Below, one piece after another: positions 1 through 12,370 of a stretch of DNA of 64,000 nt (within the stretch, counting starts at the first letter, position 1; each line of letters starts with the position of its first letter). The DNA is from Sphyrna mokarran (lineage: Eukaryota). The position numbers were made by a program, and so were the translations under genes. Location: positions 13,702,001 through 13,766,000 of the forward strand of contig JAGIQG010000032.1 of assembly GCA_024679065.1 (NCBI GenBank), read 5' to 3'. The notes below the pieces were generated by a model. It made no database searches and had not been told where the DNA came from. It worked only from the letters and a program-made list of their open reading frames with translations.

Positions 1-499
1 GTTGACTGGTGTTTTGGACTTTCTTCTACAAATAGTAAATGGCATCAGAATCATTCAGATAAATAATAGGTTTTTTTTTATGTAATTTTTATAGGTCAGT
101 AAAATTCTTACATTAGAGGTGGCATTACAGTCACAACCATAATAAATGAGTGTTACATGCAGGTCCTTGCACTGACCATTAAAATGAATGCTACTATCAC
201 TCCTGGTCTAATTGCGTGACACACACAAGAGAACCAATAATCCATCACTATTCACAAACCACCCCAATCAACATAGCTGTAACCACCCCCCTCCCCTCAC
301 CAAAAAAAATGGTGAACCAGCAATAACCATCTACTCTGAATCTTATGTCACTGAATTCAAAGTGATTCAATAATTCAATCGCTTAGCACTATATTACCAT
401 TTAAGTGATATCTATGTTGCTTCTTTTTTCCTTTGACATTTTGCGTTGTTTTCGTAACAATACTTCAAATTATCAATATGGCCCATGACAAAAGACTTG

Positions 500-878
500 T
501 GCTTATTTATCGAGCTCATTTCATGATCATCAGACACCTTAAAGCGCTTTAATCCAGTGAGGTACCTTTCATAGTCACTATTGTAATGCAGGAAACATAG
601 CAACCAGTTAACTCTCAGCAAGTTCCCACAAACAGCAATGTGATAATGTTTTTTGTGATATTGACTGAGGGATAAATATTGATCAGGACACCAAGGGAAC
701 TCCACTGCCTTTCTTTCATCATGGAATTTTTTCCCATCTCTCCTGCACTGCTCTACGGGGCCTCAATTCAGCATCTCATTCAAAAGGTGGCAACTCCAAT
801 AATGCCATGCCAGCTCAGTATCACACTAGAATGTCAGCCTTCATTGTTGTGTTCAAACTCTGGAGTGGGACTTGAGGC
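500..878 (-). mobile_element. tRNA-derived SINE (DeuSINE/SacSINE1-like, L2-type tail), interrupted by a younger SINE
   Basis: Shares the motifs 'gagggataaatatt...caggacacc' and 'tggagtgggacttga' with copies at about 11700-12370, 13375-13705 and 14575-14945. Confidence 0.65.
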
Positions 879-891
879 ACCAGATTTGAAC

Positions 892-1192
892 GGCACGGTG
901 GTGCAGTGATTAGCACTGCTGCCTCCTAGTGCCAGGGACCCAGGTTCAATTCCCTACTTGGATCATTGTCTGTGCAGAGTCTGCATGTTCTCCCCATGTC
1001 AGCGTGGGCTTCCTCCAGGTGCTCCAGTTTCCTTTCACAGTCCGAAAGATGTGCTGGTTAGGTGCACTTGCCATGTTAAACTCTCCTCAGTGTACCCAAA
1101 CATGCGCAGCAGTGTGACGACTAAAGAATTTTCACAGTAACTCCATTGCAGTGTTAACGTAAGCCTACTTGATATTGATAAATAAACTAAAA
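892..1192 (+). mobile_element. HE1/V-SINE-type tRNA-derived SINE
   Basis: A-box 'ggtggtgcagtgattagcac', B-box 'ggttcaattcc', V-domain 'tctgtgcagagtctgcatgttctcccc...gtgggcttcctccaggtgctccagtttcc', and tail 'ttttcacagtaactccattgcag'. Confidence 0.85.
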
Positions 1193-1255
1193 CTACAAAA
1201 AAACCCCCAAAATCTTATAATTCAGAAGCTGGTGTATTATCAGTGACACTAGGGA

Positions 1256-1620
1256 TACTAGTGAAGTGATATTACCACTGGACTGGTAAGCCAGAGACCC
1301 AAATTACTGCTCTAAAGACCTAGGTTTGAATCCCAGCATGGCAGATAATGAAATTTGAATTTGATAACAATCTGGAATTAAAAATCTAATGATGAACATG
1401 AAACCATTGTCAAATGTTATAAAAACCCATTTGGTTTACTAATGTCCTTTAGGGAAGGAAATCTACTGTCCTTATATGATCTGGTCTACGTGACTCCAGA
1501 CCCACAGCAACGTGGTTGCTTCTTAAATGCTCTCTGAAATGGCCAGGCAAGCCGCACAGATTAGAATGGGCAAGAAATGCTGGACCAACCAGGGACACCC
1601 CATCCCCTGAATAAAAAAAA
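1256..1620 (+). mobile_element. tRNA-derived SINE with central 'ctaatgtcctttagggaaggaaatct' domain (MetaSINE-like) and CR1-type tail
   Basis: B-box 'ggtttgaatccc', the conserved core and an A-rich end. A second copy is inverted at about 61790-62150. Confidence 0.7.
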
Positions 1621-2339
1621 TGATTATACATCATACGTTTAAGTTTAAAGTTTATTTATCAGTGTCACCAGTTGGCTGACATTAACATTGCAATGAAGTT
1701 ACTGTGAAAATCCCCTATATATATATTACTGATGTTGTGTACTATATTCCAGACTTCATGTTGTACTCTATTTACTAGCATTTCCTGTGTTTTAGTATTT
1801 TTTTTAAACAAGGAAATTGGGTAAGTAGGATTTTTTGTAATTACTGAAGTCTCAAATTGCAGTAAAATTATTTTCTATAATTTGCCTCATTAGAAAAAGC
1901 AGATGTATGTTCCATTTCATGGAAAGTTTGAATGCCTCCAACATATGAAGAACAGGTGACTAAATATTCAAGAATTAAAACTATAATTTTACTTAGCGCA
2001 CATTTCCATCAGTTTAAAGGACTATGTCCCAATGCATGTAGATAAATGTTAATCTTAGGGAATATTCCCAATAGCTGGAGAATGCTAAACTTTCAGTGAA
2101 TGCAAACACTGCTATTCTGCAGACAGTTCATGTCATCCCTCTTATGGTCTAGCTGAAATACTAACTTCTGAGAGGTCCGCACTGAGATTGGAAAAGAAGA
2201 TGAGAATATCTCTTACCATCCCACTAAACAAATTGACTTATTATTTATCCACCAGCCACAGTACAAAGTATTTCAAAGTCCTTTATTTACCAAGTATTAC
2301 GAAGTTCTTAAAGATATGCTTTGGGGTGCCCCAATTAGG

Positions 2340-4870
2340 AGTATATGGAATAAGGGCAGGAACAGGCCATATAAGCCATCAAGAATGCTCTGCTGTTCAA
2401 CACATCATGGCTGATCATTTACCTCCTTGCCATTTTGTCTTACTATCCTCGTATCCTTTGATGTCATTACTATCCCAAGATCTATTGATTTCTGTCTTGA
2501 ACACAATCAATGACTGAGCTTACACAGCCATCTGGGGTAAAGAATTCCAAAGATTCACTGACCTCTGAGTAAAGAAATTCCTCCTCAGCTCAGTCTTAAA
2601 TGGTCTGCCCCTTTTCTGAAACTGTATCTAGTTCTAGACTCACCAATCAAGGGAAACATTCTACCAATACCTGCCTGCCATGTTCTATAAGAATTGGGCA
2701 AGTTTCAGTGGGATCACCTTTCATTAGTCAAAACGCTGGAGAATACAGGCCCAGTTTCATCAATTTCTCCTCATAAGACATACCCACCATCTTAGGGATT
2801 AGCCTACTGAGCCCCTGTTGCATTCCCTCTATGGCAAACGTAGGTAAACAGATTGGAACTGTGCACTATACTCCACATGCAGTCTCATTAAGGCTCTATA
2901 CAATCACAGCAAGATATTTTTACTCTAATCCTTGCAATGAAGTACAACATAATACTTGTCTTCCTAATTGCTTGCTCTACCTGCTTGTTAGCTTTTAGAA
3001 ACTCATGAACAGGAACACCCAGGTCACTCTGGACATCAACACTTCCCAATGTCTCACCATTCACAAAGTACTCTTTCTGTTTCTTCATCCAAAATGGATA
3101 ATTTCACACATGCATGATCTTCCATTGCTGTGTTCTTGTCCATTCACTCAGTTTGTCTAAATCATTTGAAGCCTTCTTGCAACTTATACTCTTACCTAGT
3201 TTTGAATCATCAGTGAATTTGGAAATGTTACATTTGGTCCCAACATCCACATTTTTTATATAGATTGTGAACAGCTTGGCAACATGTTAGTTCATCAACA
3301 CGCCCCAGAAACCCATCTTGTACATGTTCCACAAATTTATCCTTACACCATTAACGCTGGTTAGGATTACTCAATCTTTATATAGATTGAAGTCACCAAT
3401 GATTACTGCATTACTTGTGTTACATACACTTCTAGTTTCCTGATTTATACCTGATCCAACATTATCACTTACTGTTTGGTGGTCAATAAACATCTCCCAC
3501 CAATGTTTGCTGTCTCTTGCTTTTTTTTTGGCTCCATCCAAACCAATTCCACATCTTCACCTTTCGATCTAAAATCCTCTCTCACTGTAATGTAATCATT
3601 TTGTCCCTTATTAACAGTACAGCCCCACCTCCTTCTCCTTTTTGCTCATCATTCTTAGATGTTGAAGATCCTTGAATGTTACATTCTCAGCTGTGGTCAC
3701 CTTGTAGCCACGTCTCTTCAAAAGCAATTAAATCAGACCACTGACCTCTATTAGTGCCTTAGTCACCTTGCTGTGAATGTTGCATGCATTCAGATAAAAA
3801 GACAAGGTTTTTATGATTATTTTATAATTATTCTGTATTTTAATCCTATTTGATGGCACCAGATATCTTTGACTTGTCTGCCTTCTCATTTCATTTGCTG
3901 CCTTTCTATTTCCTGTTACTAGTTTTGGTTCTCCCTAATCTTAATTCCCTTTCAGATTTCTATCGTCTGCAAATCTAATTTAAATTCTCATCCTCATCAC
4001 CACCAAATCTCCCTGCAAGAACGTTAGTCCTGGTCCAGCTGAGGTATAACCCATCCATCTTGTACATAGACCACCTGCTTCAGAGCTGGTTCCAATGCTT
4101 CAGAAATCTAATGTCCTCCGTCCTACTCCATTTCTCTAGATCTTTCACTGAGTCCTCCTGTTCCTCTGCTTATGAGCACGTGAAAGCAATCCTGAGGTTA
4201 CTGCTATTGAGGTCTTGCTTTTTAATTCCTAACGCTCTGAAACCTGCTTTCAGGACCTAGTTCCACCCATGTCATTGATAATAATGTGGACCATACCCTC
4301 TGGCTGCTCAACCTCCCCCAGAAAAATGTCTTGCAGCCATTCTGTGAATCCTTGACCCTAGTACCAAGGAGACAGCACTCAATCTTGGAGAATCGGCTGG
4401 AGAAACATTTGTCTATTCTCATAACTAACAAATTCTCATCTCACTGTTACTTTTCCATTCTTGTACATTCTCTCTTGTGCAGCTGGGCCAACTGTGGTGC
4501 ATGCACTTGTCTCATGCTATGCTCCTTTGAGGAACCGTTGCCATCACCAGTGTTTAAAACAGAAAACGTATCAGCAAGCAAATCAACTCTGGGCACTCCT
4601 GCATGGTTCACTTAGATAGCTTGGCAGTTACCCATTCCCTCTCTGCGTGCATTTTCCTAACCTGCAGTGCGATCACGCGTCCCCCACATCCACACGTTCA
4701 AAACGTGCTATCCACATAGTTCGTGGATATACCACAGTGATTTGAGCCACTGCTAAGACTTCTGATACCTGGGGTTCAACCTTCTACAGACGGTGACACT
4801 GTATCTGTCCAGGTCACAACTTCCCACATTCCATAGGGCACAGATTCTATTAGACCAAGCTGCTACGTTA
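2340..4870 (-). mobile_element. Degenerate, internally deleted CR1 LINE (3' end, RT C-terminus, ORF1 esterase region)
   Basis: The minus ORF at 2888-3088 (YFVNGETLGSVDVQSDLGVPVH...KQVEQAIRK) resembles the CR1 RT C-terminus. The ORF at 4222-4431 (CCLLGTRVKD) resembles the CR1 ORF1 esterase motif CCLPGARVKD. Confidence 0.75.
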
Positions 4871-5369
4871 TTCCTTAACTTTATAAACTATTTATTGTAC
4901 GTAGAATAATTTATCAGTTACTCATTAATTTGCTTCTTCCCTTGCACCAAAAATAAGTGCATAGGTAGGGATTATTTATCTAAATACATACTTGACTGTA
5001 CGTAAGAAAAAAATTTACGCACAGCCCTTTATCAAAATATGTAAAAATCAGTCTCTAAGAGCAGATTCCTACCAACCAAATCAGTCTTCCTGTGATGTAA
5101 CTTTCTTATTTCTTTCTAGTTTTCAAACTCAGCAACAAGAATGGTAACAGCTACTGCTCCAGCTCCCTCCTCCGTCTTGTCATGAGTGACCTCTCCTCAC
5201 CCTGGTACTTCAGGCACTGATCCTGGGCCACCTCTGTGTATCTGCCATTGCCACCATTGCGGGCTGGTCCAAACCGTCTCACCTCCTCCCAGGTGAATTA
5301 ATAGAAAAAAACTCCTAACTAGTTCAACTAGCAATCACTTATTATTGAGCTTGAATGATTTTGCAATCA

Positions 5370-6380
5370 CTAGGTTGGAGTCATAGCTAGCACGAAGGAA
5401 GATTGTTGGAGGTCAGTCATACCAATCCTCAGGATAGCGTCCAAGCCCCAACCATCTTCAGTTGCTTAATCAATGACCTTTCCTCCATCATAAGATCAGA
5501 ACTGGGGATGTTTGCTGATAATTGCACAATATTCAGTACCATTTATGACTCCTCAGGTACTGAAGCAGTCTATATCCAAATGCAACAAGACCTGGACATA
5601 TCATGCTTGGTTTGATAAATGGCAGGTAACATTTGCACCACACAAGTGTCAGACAATGATCACCTTTAAAAAGAAAGAATCCAACCATCTTCCTTTGGTA
5701 TTCAATTTCATTATCACTGCTGAATCTCCCACTTCAAACATTTTGGAGTTAGCATTGACTAGAAACGGAACTGACCTAGCCATATAAATATTATAGCTAC
5801 AAGAGCAGGTCAGAGGCTGGGAATTCTGCAGAGAGTAACTCATCTCCTGACTCCCCACTGCCTGTCCACATCTATAAATAAAGATATCAGGAGTGTGATG
5901 GAATACTCTCCATGTGCTTGGATGAATGCAGCTCCAACAACACTCAAGAGGCTCAACACAATCCAGGGCAAAGCAGCATCCACCACATTCAACATTCACT
6001 CCTTCCAGCACTAACGCACACCAACAGCAGCATGCACCATCTACAAATTGCACTGTAGCAACACACGTAGGTTCCTTTGACAGCAATTTTCAAAGCCGTA
6101 GCCTCTACCACGTCGAAGGACAAAGGAAGCAGGTGTATAGGAACAACACTCTCTGTAAGTTCCCCTCCAAGGCATATACAATTCTGATTTGGGACTACAT
6201 TGCCATTACTTCACTGCTGCGGTGTCAAGATCCTGGAACTTCCTTCCTAACAACACTGTGGGTGTACCTATAACATATGGCTGCCATGGTTCAAGATGAA
6301 GGTTTATTGCACCTTCTCAAAAGTGATTAGGGATAGATAATAAATATTCACTACCCAGATCCATTGAAATAATAAATTTT
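5370..6380 (+). mobile_element. 5'-truncated CR1-clade LINE
   Basis: RT motifs PTIFSCLINDL...GMFADNCTIF (the FADD box, decayed) and WFDKWQVTFAPHKCQ, broken by frameshifts. Confidence 0.85.
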
Positions 6381-8709
6381 AAAAAGTACTATAAGCTTTT
6401 ATTTCCTTCAAAAACTTCACTCTACCTGTGAAGACAATCTTCTCAATCTAGGTAAGCAAACATATTTCCATTTTGAGATTCAACAAGACTCATTTAATGA
6501 AGTTCATGGATTTTATGACTCATTCCAAATCTAGAACACAGGTTATCCAGCCAGAAATGGTTGGCAAAGATCCAGTTTCTAATACAAACAAGCAGCTCAG
6601 TATCATATCACCAGTGGCTCTTAATCCTGGACAAAGAATCTTCTGGACTCAGTAGCAAACATCCACTCTATTTGTTGCTTCCTTTAAGAACTGTCCTCCT
6701 CTCATAACTGAGGTTCAGTTCATTATCTGCCTGCCTCTCAATTTCCTCAAACCCAGAGTGGGTGACCACAATGAAAACAAAGCATGTCCTGGATATATAG
6801 TGACCATGCCACAGTTAATAACTATGTAAAAGGTGCCAGATTTTAAAAAGTGTTTGGAGTAGAATATCTATTAATGGCTTACAACTCAAGCCAGTTGCTC
6901 CCCTGTGCTGTATGAAGATATAGATTGGCAATTTAACAACTTTAGGTTACTTTAGCAAGTGATAATATGGGAAAGTGTATGCAATGTAGAATTAGGTTCA
7001 ATGGACAATCCAGGCTTATCTGCAAACCAGTTCACTCAGCCCTAATGTTAGAAGCCTAATGGCTAAGTATCTCCCTCCAGGACTGGAAATGTTTAACAAA
7101 TCCTTGATCAGACAGGAGTTGTCATTTTTGACATTTTTTTCTTCAGGCTAAAGGTATCATTATTTTCAACAGATAGACCAATCGAGTTACGTACACAGTG
7201 TTACAAAAACCTTTGTCCTCCTTTCCATTAGTTTTTAAAATCATCATATGGAAACAAAAACAAGTCAGCTTGATGAAGTACATACAAGCAGTACGTGGGC
7301 TACGAATGCCCTTTTGGAGAAGACATTTGTGTTCAAATTTCATCTAATTGTAAATCCAATTTGCTTAACACATGGTACATCAAACACAATTTGAAATGTT
7401 TGGAAGATCTGCATTTTAACCCAACAATTCCTGATGTTAAGATATGTTGGCCCTGAAAAGCAGACCAGAGGATAATTATGTCTTTCAAGAATAAAGTCTG
7501 ACAGACAAATTCTACTGAAATTATTAGTCATTGTTTTGTAAAAAGTTTTTCTTATTATAAATGTATGTTGAACTTTACAAATATATTGAAGTCAAATTCT
7601 TTTTCATTTCTTGCCAAATGTTAAATAAGAATAAAAGGTTCCATATGAATACTGTAGAAACTGGAGAAATAAATCAGATGATTCTGGTTCCTGTGTTTGC
7701 TTTAAAATGAATAATACAGCAGGCAGTCAAAATGAATCATACTGTTTAAGGTCCAACATAATGGGTAAGGTCTGTTTTATTTTCCTAAAATTGCAAAACC
7801 AAGACCTTGGCTGATGGCAGCTTCAGGCACATTAACCATTTACAGGTAAAGGAATAGCAAGGTTGGAATGTAAAATCCAGGACTGAATTTTTCCAAGGAC
7901 CCTGGAAGTCTATTTGTCAGTGTCAGTATCAGCAGTTGTGGCCTCTTCTGAAGCTGCAGCGAACACCTGAAAGGGCAAACCAGAGCCAGGAAGTCCAGTC
8001 ATGCTATATGGGGAGGGGAAGAGGATTTGTGGTGTGGTGGTGCTTTGGATATAAGATTGGGTGTTTCTCCATGGGCCATGGAATGGACATTCAGGAGGGA
8101 CCAGCTGCCTAGCACCCACTAAAAGGTCACCAGAGTTTACCTGACAGTCTCCCCATATGGCAATAAATCTTCCCTTCAGGGCAAATGCCCAAAAAGATGG
8201 GAAATGGCCCTTAATTGGGATTTTAAGTGGCTCAATTGCCACACCACTAAGGTTCCTGCCACTAGTGGGCAAAATGTGGTCAGGCTCTCTGCCTGACACC
8301 TTCCCCACTATATTGCCAGACCTCTGCCTTTCAGCCCATTATTATCCCATTGACGATGGGCTGGGAAAATGCATCTTCTAGTTTACCAGCTAGCTTACAC
8401 AATCCATCCATAACATCGAATACATCATACTACCAGATCATGAACAGCTGGAGGAAGGCATGATTAATGTGTTGAATTTTATAAGATTTGATCACACAAA
8501 ACACAGAGCTATAAAACACAAGGGAAAGATTTCCTTTGGGCGCTCTGTAGAATGAAATCATAAATGTGCTCTTTATAAACAGGTTTATAATTTTGTTATT
8601 CATGCTTTTATTACCTCAAGATTCAACTGTTAAAATGCATTTGCAGTTGGCCCCTAACCTGGGAATCTTGAATTTAAAATTCTCATCCTTGTTGCCAAAT
8701 CACACATCT

Positions 8710-9041
8710 CCCTATCTCCTCCAGCCTGACAAGCCTCCCCATCCCCAAAACCACCTCCAGCCCAATAACACTCCCCATTCCTGTAATCTCCTCCAGTCCT
8801 ACAACCTTTCCCATCTCCGTAACCTCCTCCAGTCCTACAATCCTCCCCATCTCTGTAACCTCCTCCAGCCCTACAACTCTCCCCATCTTCATAACTTCCA
8901 GCCTTATCCTCCCCATCTGTGTAACCTCTTCCAGTCCTACAACTCTCTCATCTCCATAATCTCCTCCAGCTTTACAACTCTCCAAATCTCCGTAACCTCC
9001 TCCAGATCTACAATCTCCTCCATCTCTGTAACCTCCTCCAG
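8710..9041 (+). repeat. Degenerate minisatellite with a unit of about 36 bp
   Basis: About 9 imperfect copies of 'tgtaacctcctccagccctacaaccctccccatctc'. Confidence 0.85.
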
Positions 9042-9049
9042 CTTGTTAC

Positions 9050-9960
9050 AGCTTCGAAGACTTCCAACAAATAAGTCGAACAGGATTTATCTTTTAATAA
9101 TGGATTCCAATGGTTTCCCAACAATAGAAGTTAAGCTAACTATAATATATAAAGGTTCCTACTTTCTGCCTTTCCCCCTTTTTGAATAATATTTTTCTGA
9201 TCTGCTGAAATCTTTCCTGCATTCAGGGAATTTTGGAATATTATAACCAACGCCTCCATCATCTCTGTCGCCACATCCTTTAGGATCCTAAAATGTAGAT
9301 CTGGAGACTTGCATTTAAACCCAATAGCTTGCTCAATACTTTCTCCCTAGTAGTGGTGAATGCTTTTCAGTTCTTGCTGTATCACCTGTTACTATTGGGA
9401 TAGCTCTAATATTCTCCACCATGAAAACCAAGGTGAAGAATTGGTTTACTGTCTCTGCCATTTCTGTGCTCCCTATTATTAATCCTCCAGCCTTGTTCTT
9501 TGAGGGACAATATTGACTTTAGCTACTCTCTTTCATTTTATATACTTTAAGAATCTTATGCTATCAATTTTTACATTTTGTGCCAGATTTCTTTTGTAAT
9601 TTATCTTTGCTTTTGTTTTACTTTTTTAGTAACTCTGCTGATCTTTAAATTTTTCCTAATCCTCCAGCCTGTCACTGACTTTTGCAATATAGTACGTTTT
9701 AGATTTTGTCTTTATGTTGTCTTTAATCTTCTTGCTTAGCTGGATGTATTTTCACCTTCTTGTAATCTGTCATCCTCTCTGCAATATATTTTAGTTGGTT
9801 GAACTGAATATCTCCTTAAATATCTGCCACCGCTTGTCAACTGTGTTATCTTTTAGTCTTTCTGCCTAGATCCTAAGGGCCAAATCTTCCCTCATGCCTA
9901 TGCAATTACCTTAGTTTAACACCAGAACATTAGTGTCGGACTCAAGTTTATTGTCCTTCA
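9050..9960 (-). mobile_element. Old CR1 LINE ORF2 internal fragment
   Basis: Pyrimidine-rich antisense ORF2-like sequence ('ttttggaatattataaccaacgcctccatcatctctgtcgccacatcctttaggatcc') typical of shark CR1. Confidence 0.55.
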
Positions 9961-9964
9961 CCTT

Positions 9965-10215
9965 ACAAAGAACAAAACAGTACAGGAAACAGGCCCTTCA
10001 GCCCAACGAGCCCGCACCGCCACCCTGATGTTCCCACCTCTACCCGTGATCCCTGTCTATATTTATAGATCAATAGATTAAAAACCAAATTTGAGACAAT
10101 TTAGGGAGAATTTGTTTTGCCAATTAGCCTAAGAGCACATCTTTGGGATGTGAGAGGAAACCGGAGAAAACCCACGCAAGCACGGGGGGGAATGCACAAA
10201 CTCCCACAGACACAG
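9965..10215 (-). mobile_element. V-SINE fragment
   Basis: Antisense V-domain 'tctttgggatgtgagaggaaaccggagaaaacccacgc...atgcacaaactcccacagac'. Confidence 0.65.
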
Positions 10216-11293
10216 GCCCAAATCCATGTATCTGCACAGCATACTGATAGTCACTTTTTACATTTTGATTTTTATAATTTCCATGCAACTGAACTCTCTT
10301 CTATAGGAAATGTCCTGCTTCATCTCCTATACCCCAAATATATTAAAAATCTGCACATACTTCTTATCAACCTTTTCTAGTTATGGTCTTCCATCAACAG
10401 TAGGGGGTGTAGTATCTGAGTTTTGTGTTTGCCAATGCCTCGGTCTTTGGAACTCACACGAGGGTGAAGAGGCCAGAGCAATTTTGAGGCCCAGACTCAT
10501 TCACCTGAAACCAATAAATTGCTCACCACAGAAGGGCGTCTCAGTTCATTCTGCCGCAATAGCAGACAGAGAGCTTGGGACTTGTTGCTGTACTCATCAC
10601 AAGGGTATACAACAATCCAAGGAATACATCTACCATCTGGGATAAATGCTGGTCCTTTGACATTTCCAGCATCATCCCAGAGTCCATGGAGAAGGTAAAG
10701 CATGTGCTTTAACAAAATGTTATGAAAAGCCGGCAACACTTCTGCACATGGTTGAGAGATGTTTTTGGGAGCTCCAGATCCCCTATTTTCAAGGTAGCCC
10801 CCAATCTAGAGCATCACTTATTAAAAAAAACTGTTGAAGTATCTAGTCCTTCAGACACTTAGTAATTCGTAGATCTGTGAATAAAACAAAGATCTTTTTA
10901 CAACATATTTAGAGGTAAATCATGTTTTGTCAGGAAACTGGTTTTACAATTTATTTCATTAGTAACCAGAAATCCAATATTGCACAGAAGACATTTCATC
11001 TCCTTTTTACTTCATTATCTAAGTTCAAATGCTTTACATTGAAGATATAGACACTGAAAATGTAAGTCACAATACTGTACTGTCTCTGCTCTTGTCTTCC
11101 TTCATTTCATGCCAGCTTTCCAATTTCATTTCACTTATACAACTGAATCCTTTAATATCTTCATGGCCCATTCTTCGAGATATGACAGCAAATTGCAATC
11201 ATGTATCATCGTTTGAGGTGTCCTAACCCGCAGGAACTGATTTCCTTCGATTCATACCCATGATGTAGCCTGCTCTAAGTACAAAGTTCAGTA

Positions 11294-11498
11294 TGATGTG
11301 GAGATGCTGGTGTTGGACTGGGGTGGACACACAGAAGTCAGATAACACCAGGTGAAGTCTAACAGGCTTATTTGGAATCATGAACTTTCGGAGTGGGAAC
11401 TTCTACTCACCTGAAGAAGGAGCAGCACTCCAAAAGCTACTGATTCCAAATAGGCCTGTTGGACTTTAAACTGATGTTGTGATATTTCTTACTGTGCC
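11294..11498. mobile_element. Short palindromic Penelope-type element with a hammerhead-ribozyme core
   Basis: Inverted arms of about 60 bp. CTGAAGA-A-GGAG-CAGCA-CTCC-(G>A)AAA at 11411-11435. Target-site duplication caaagttcagta (11282-11293) / caaagtttagta (11499-11510). Confidence 0.7.
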
Positions 11499-11699
11499 CA
11501 AAGTTTAGTACTGATGGAGTATGCCTTGCAATTAACTGAAATATAAAGCATAAATTAACTTAAAATAATCCTTGCCTTTACTCCAAATATTTGGCTCCAT
11601 TAGTGCCTTCAGTTCCCACATTATAAAAGATTTACCAACATACTCTGGAATTTACGAAACAACATTAATGTGGCTCAAAGTAACTTCAGTAAAGAGAAA

Positions 11700-12370
11700 G
11701 ATATAGTTTATATAACCTTACATAACCTCAGAATGGCCCAAAGCACTTTACTTCCAATTAATAAATTTTGGAAGTCCAGAAACTATTGGAAGATAGGAGA
11801 TGCAATATCAATATCAGACACTGGTGAATCTGTGAAATTCTTTGCTGCAGAAGGCTGTTGAAGTCAGGTCACTGATTGTCTTTGAGACAGAGATAGATAG
11901 GATTCTTGATTAATAAGGGGATCGGGGGCTATGGGGAAAAGGCAGGAGAGTGGGGATGAGAAAATTATCAGCCATGATTGAATGTCAGAGCAGATCCAAT
12001 GGACCAAGTGGCCTAATTCTGGTCCCATGTCTTATGGTCTAATATTTGCTCAATAGAAGTGCGCAAACAGCAATGAGAAAATGACTAAAATCAGCTGTTT
12101 AGCAGTTGGTTGAGGGAGAGATATTGATTCATATGCTAGGGAGAACTGCTCGGCTCCTCTTCGAAGATTGTTGCAGGATCTTTTACAATTACGTAAAAGG
12201 ATAGAACTGGCTTTGGTTTAATATGTTATCCTAGAGGGTGCAGCAATCCTTTGCGCTTAAGTGTTAATCTGTTTTATGTGCTCACGTCTCTGGAGTGGGG
12301 CTTGACGCTTGAACCCACAGAACTCTGATACAGAGGTGAAAGTGCTATCCACTGAGCCAAGGCTGACACC
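11700..12370 (-). mobile_element. DeuSINE-like SINE split by a plus-strand CR1 3' fragment (about 11815-12040)
   Basis: Antisense tRNA head 'cttgaacccacag...agtgctatccactgagcca' and body motifs as at 500-878. The insert ends in the CR1 tail 'ggcctaattctggtcccatgtcttatggtct'. Confidence 0.7.

Noticed and set aside
892-960. tRNA-like A/B boxes here and in the other SINE heads
   Set aside because: They are followed by SINE bodies and tails and do not form complete cloverleaves, so they are not tRNA genes.
7880-8375. Possible MITE-like element with 'gaatttttcc...ggaaaat' ends (similar at about 34340-34540 and 24940-25240)
   Set aside because: The terminal repeats are too degraded to define boundaries or a family by eye.
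8710-9041. Regularly spaced ~36-bp repeats superficially like a CRISPR array
   Set aside because: The units are contiguous and degenerate with no unique spacers, there are no cas genes, and the DNA is vertebrate.
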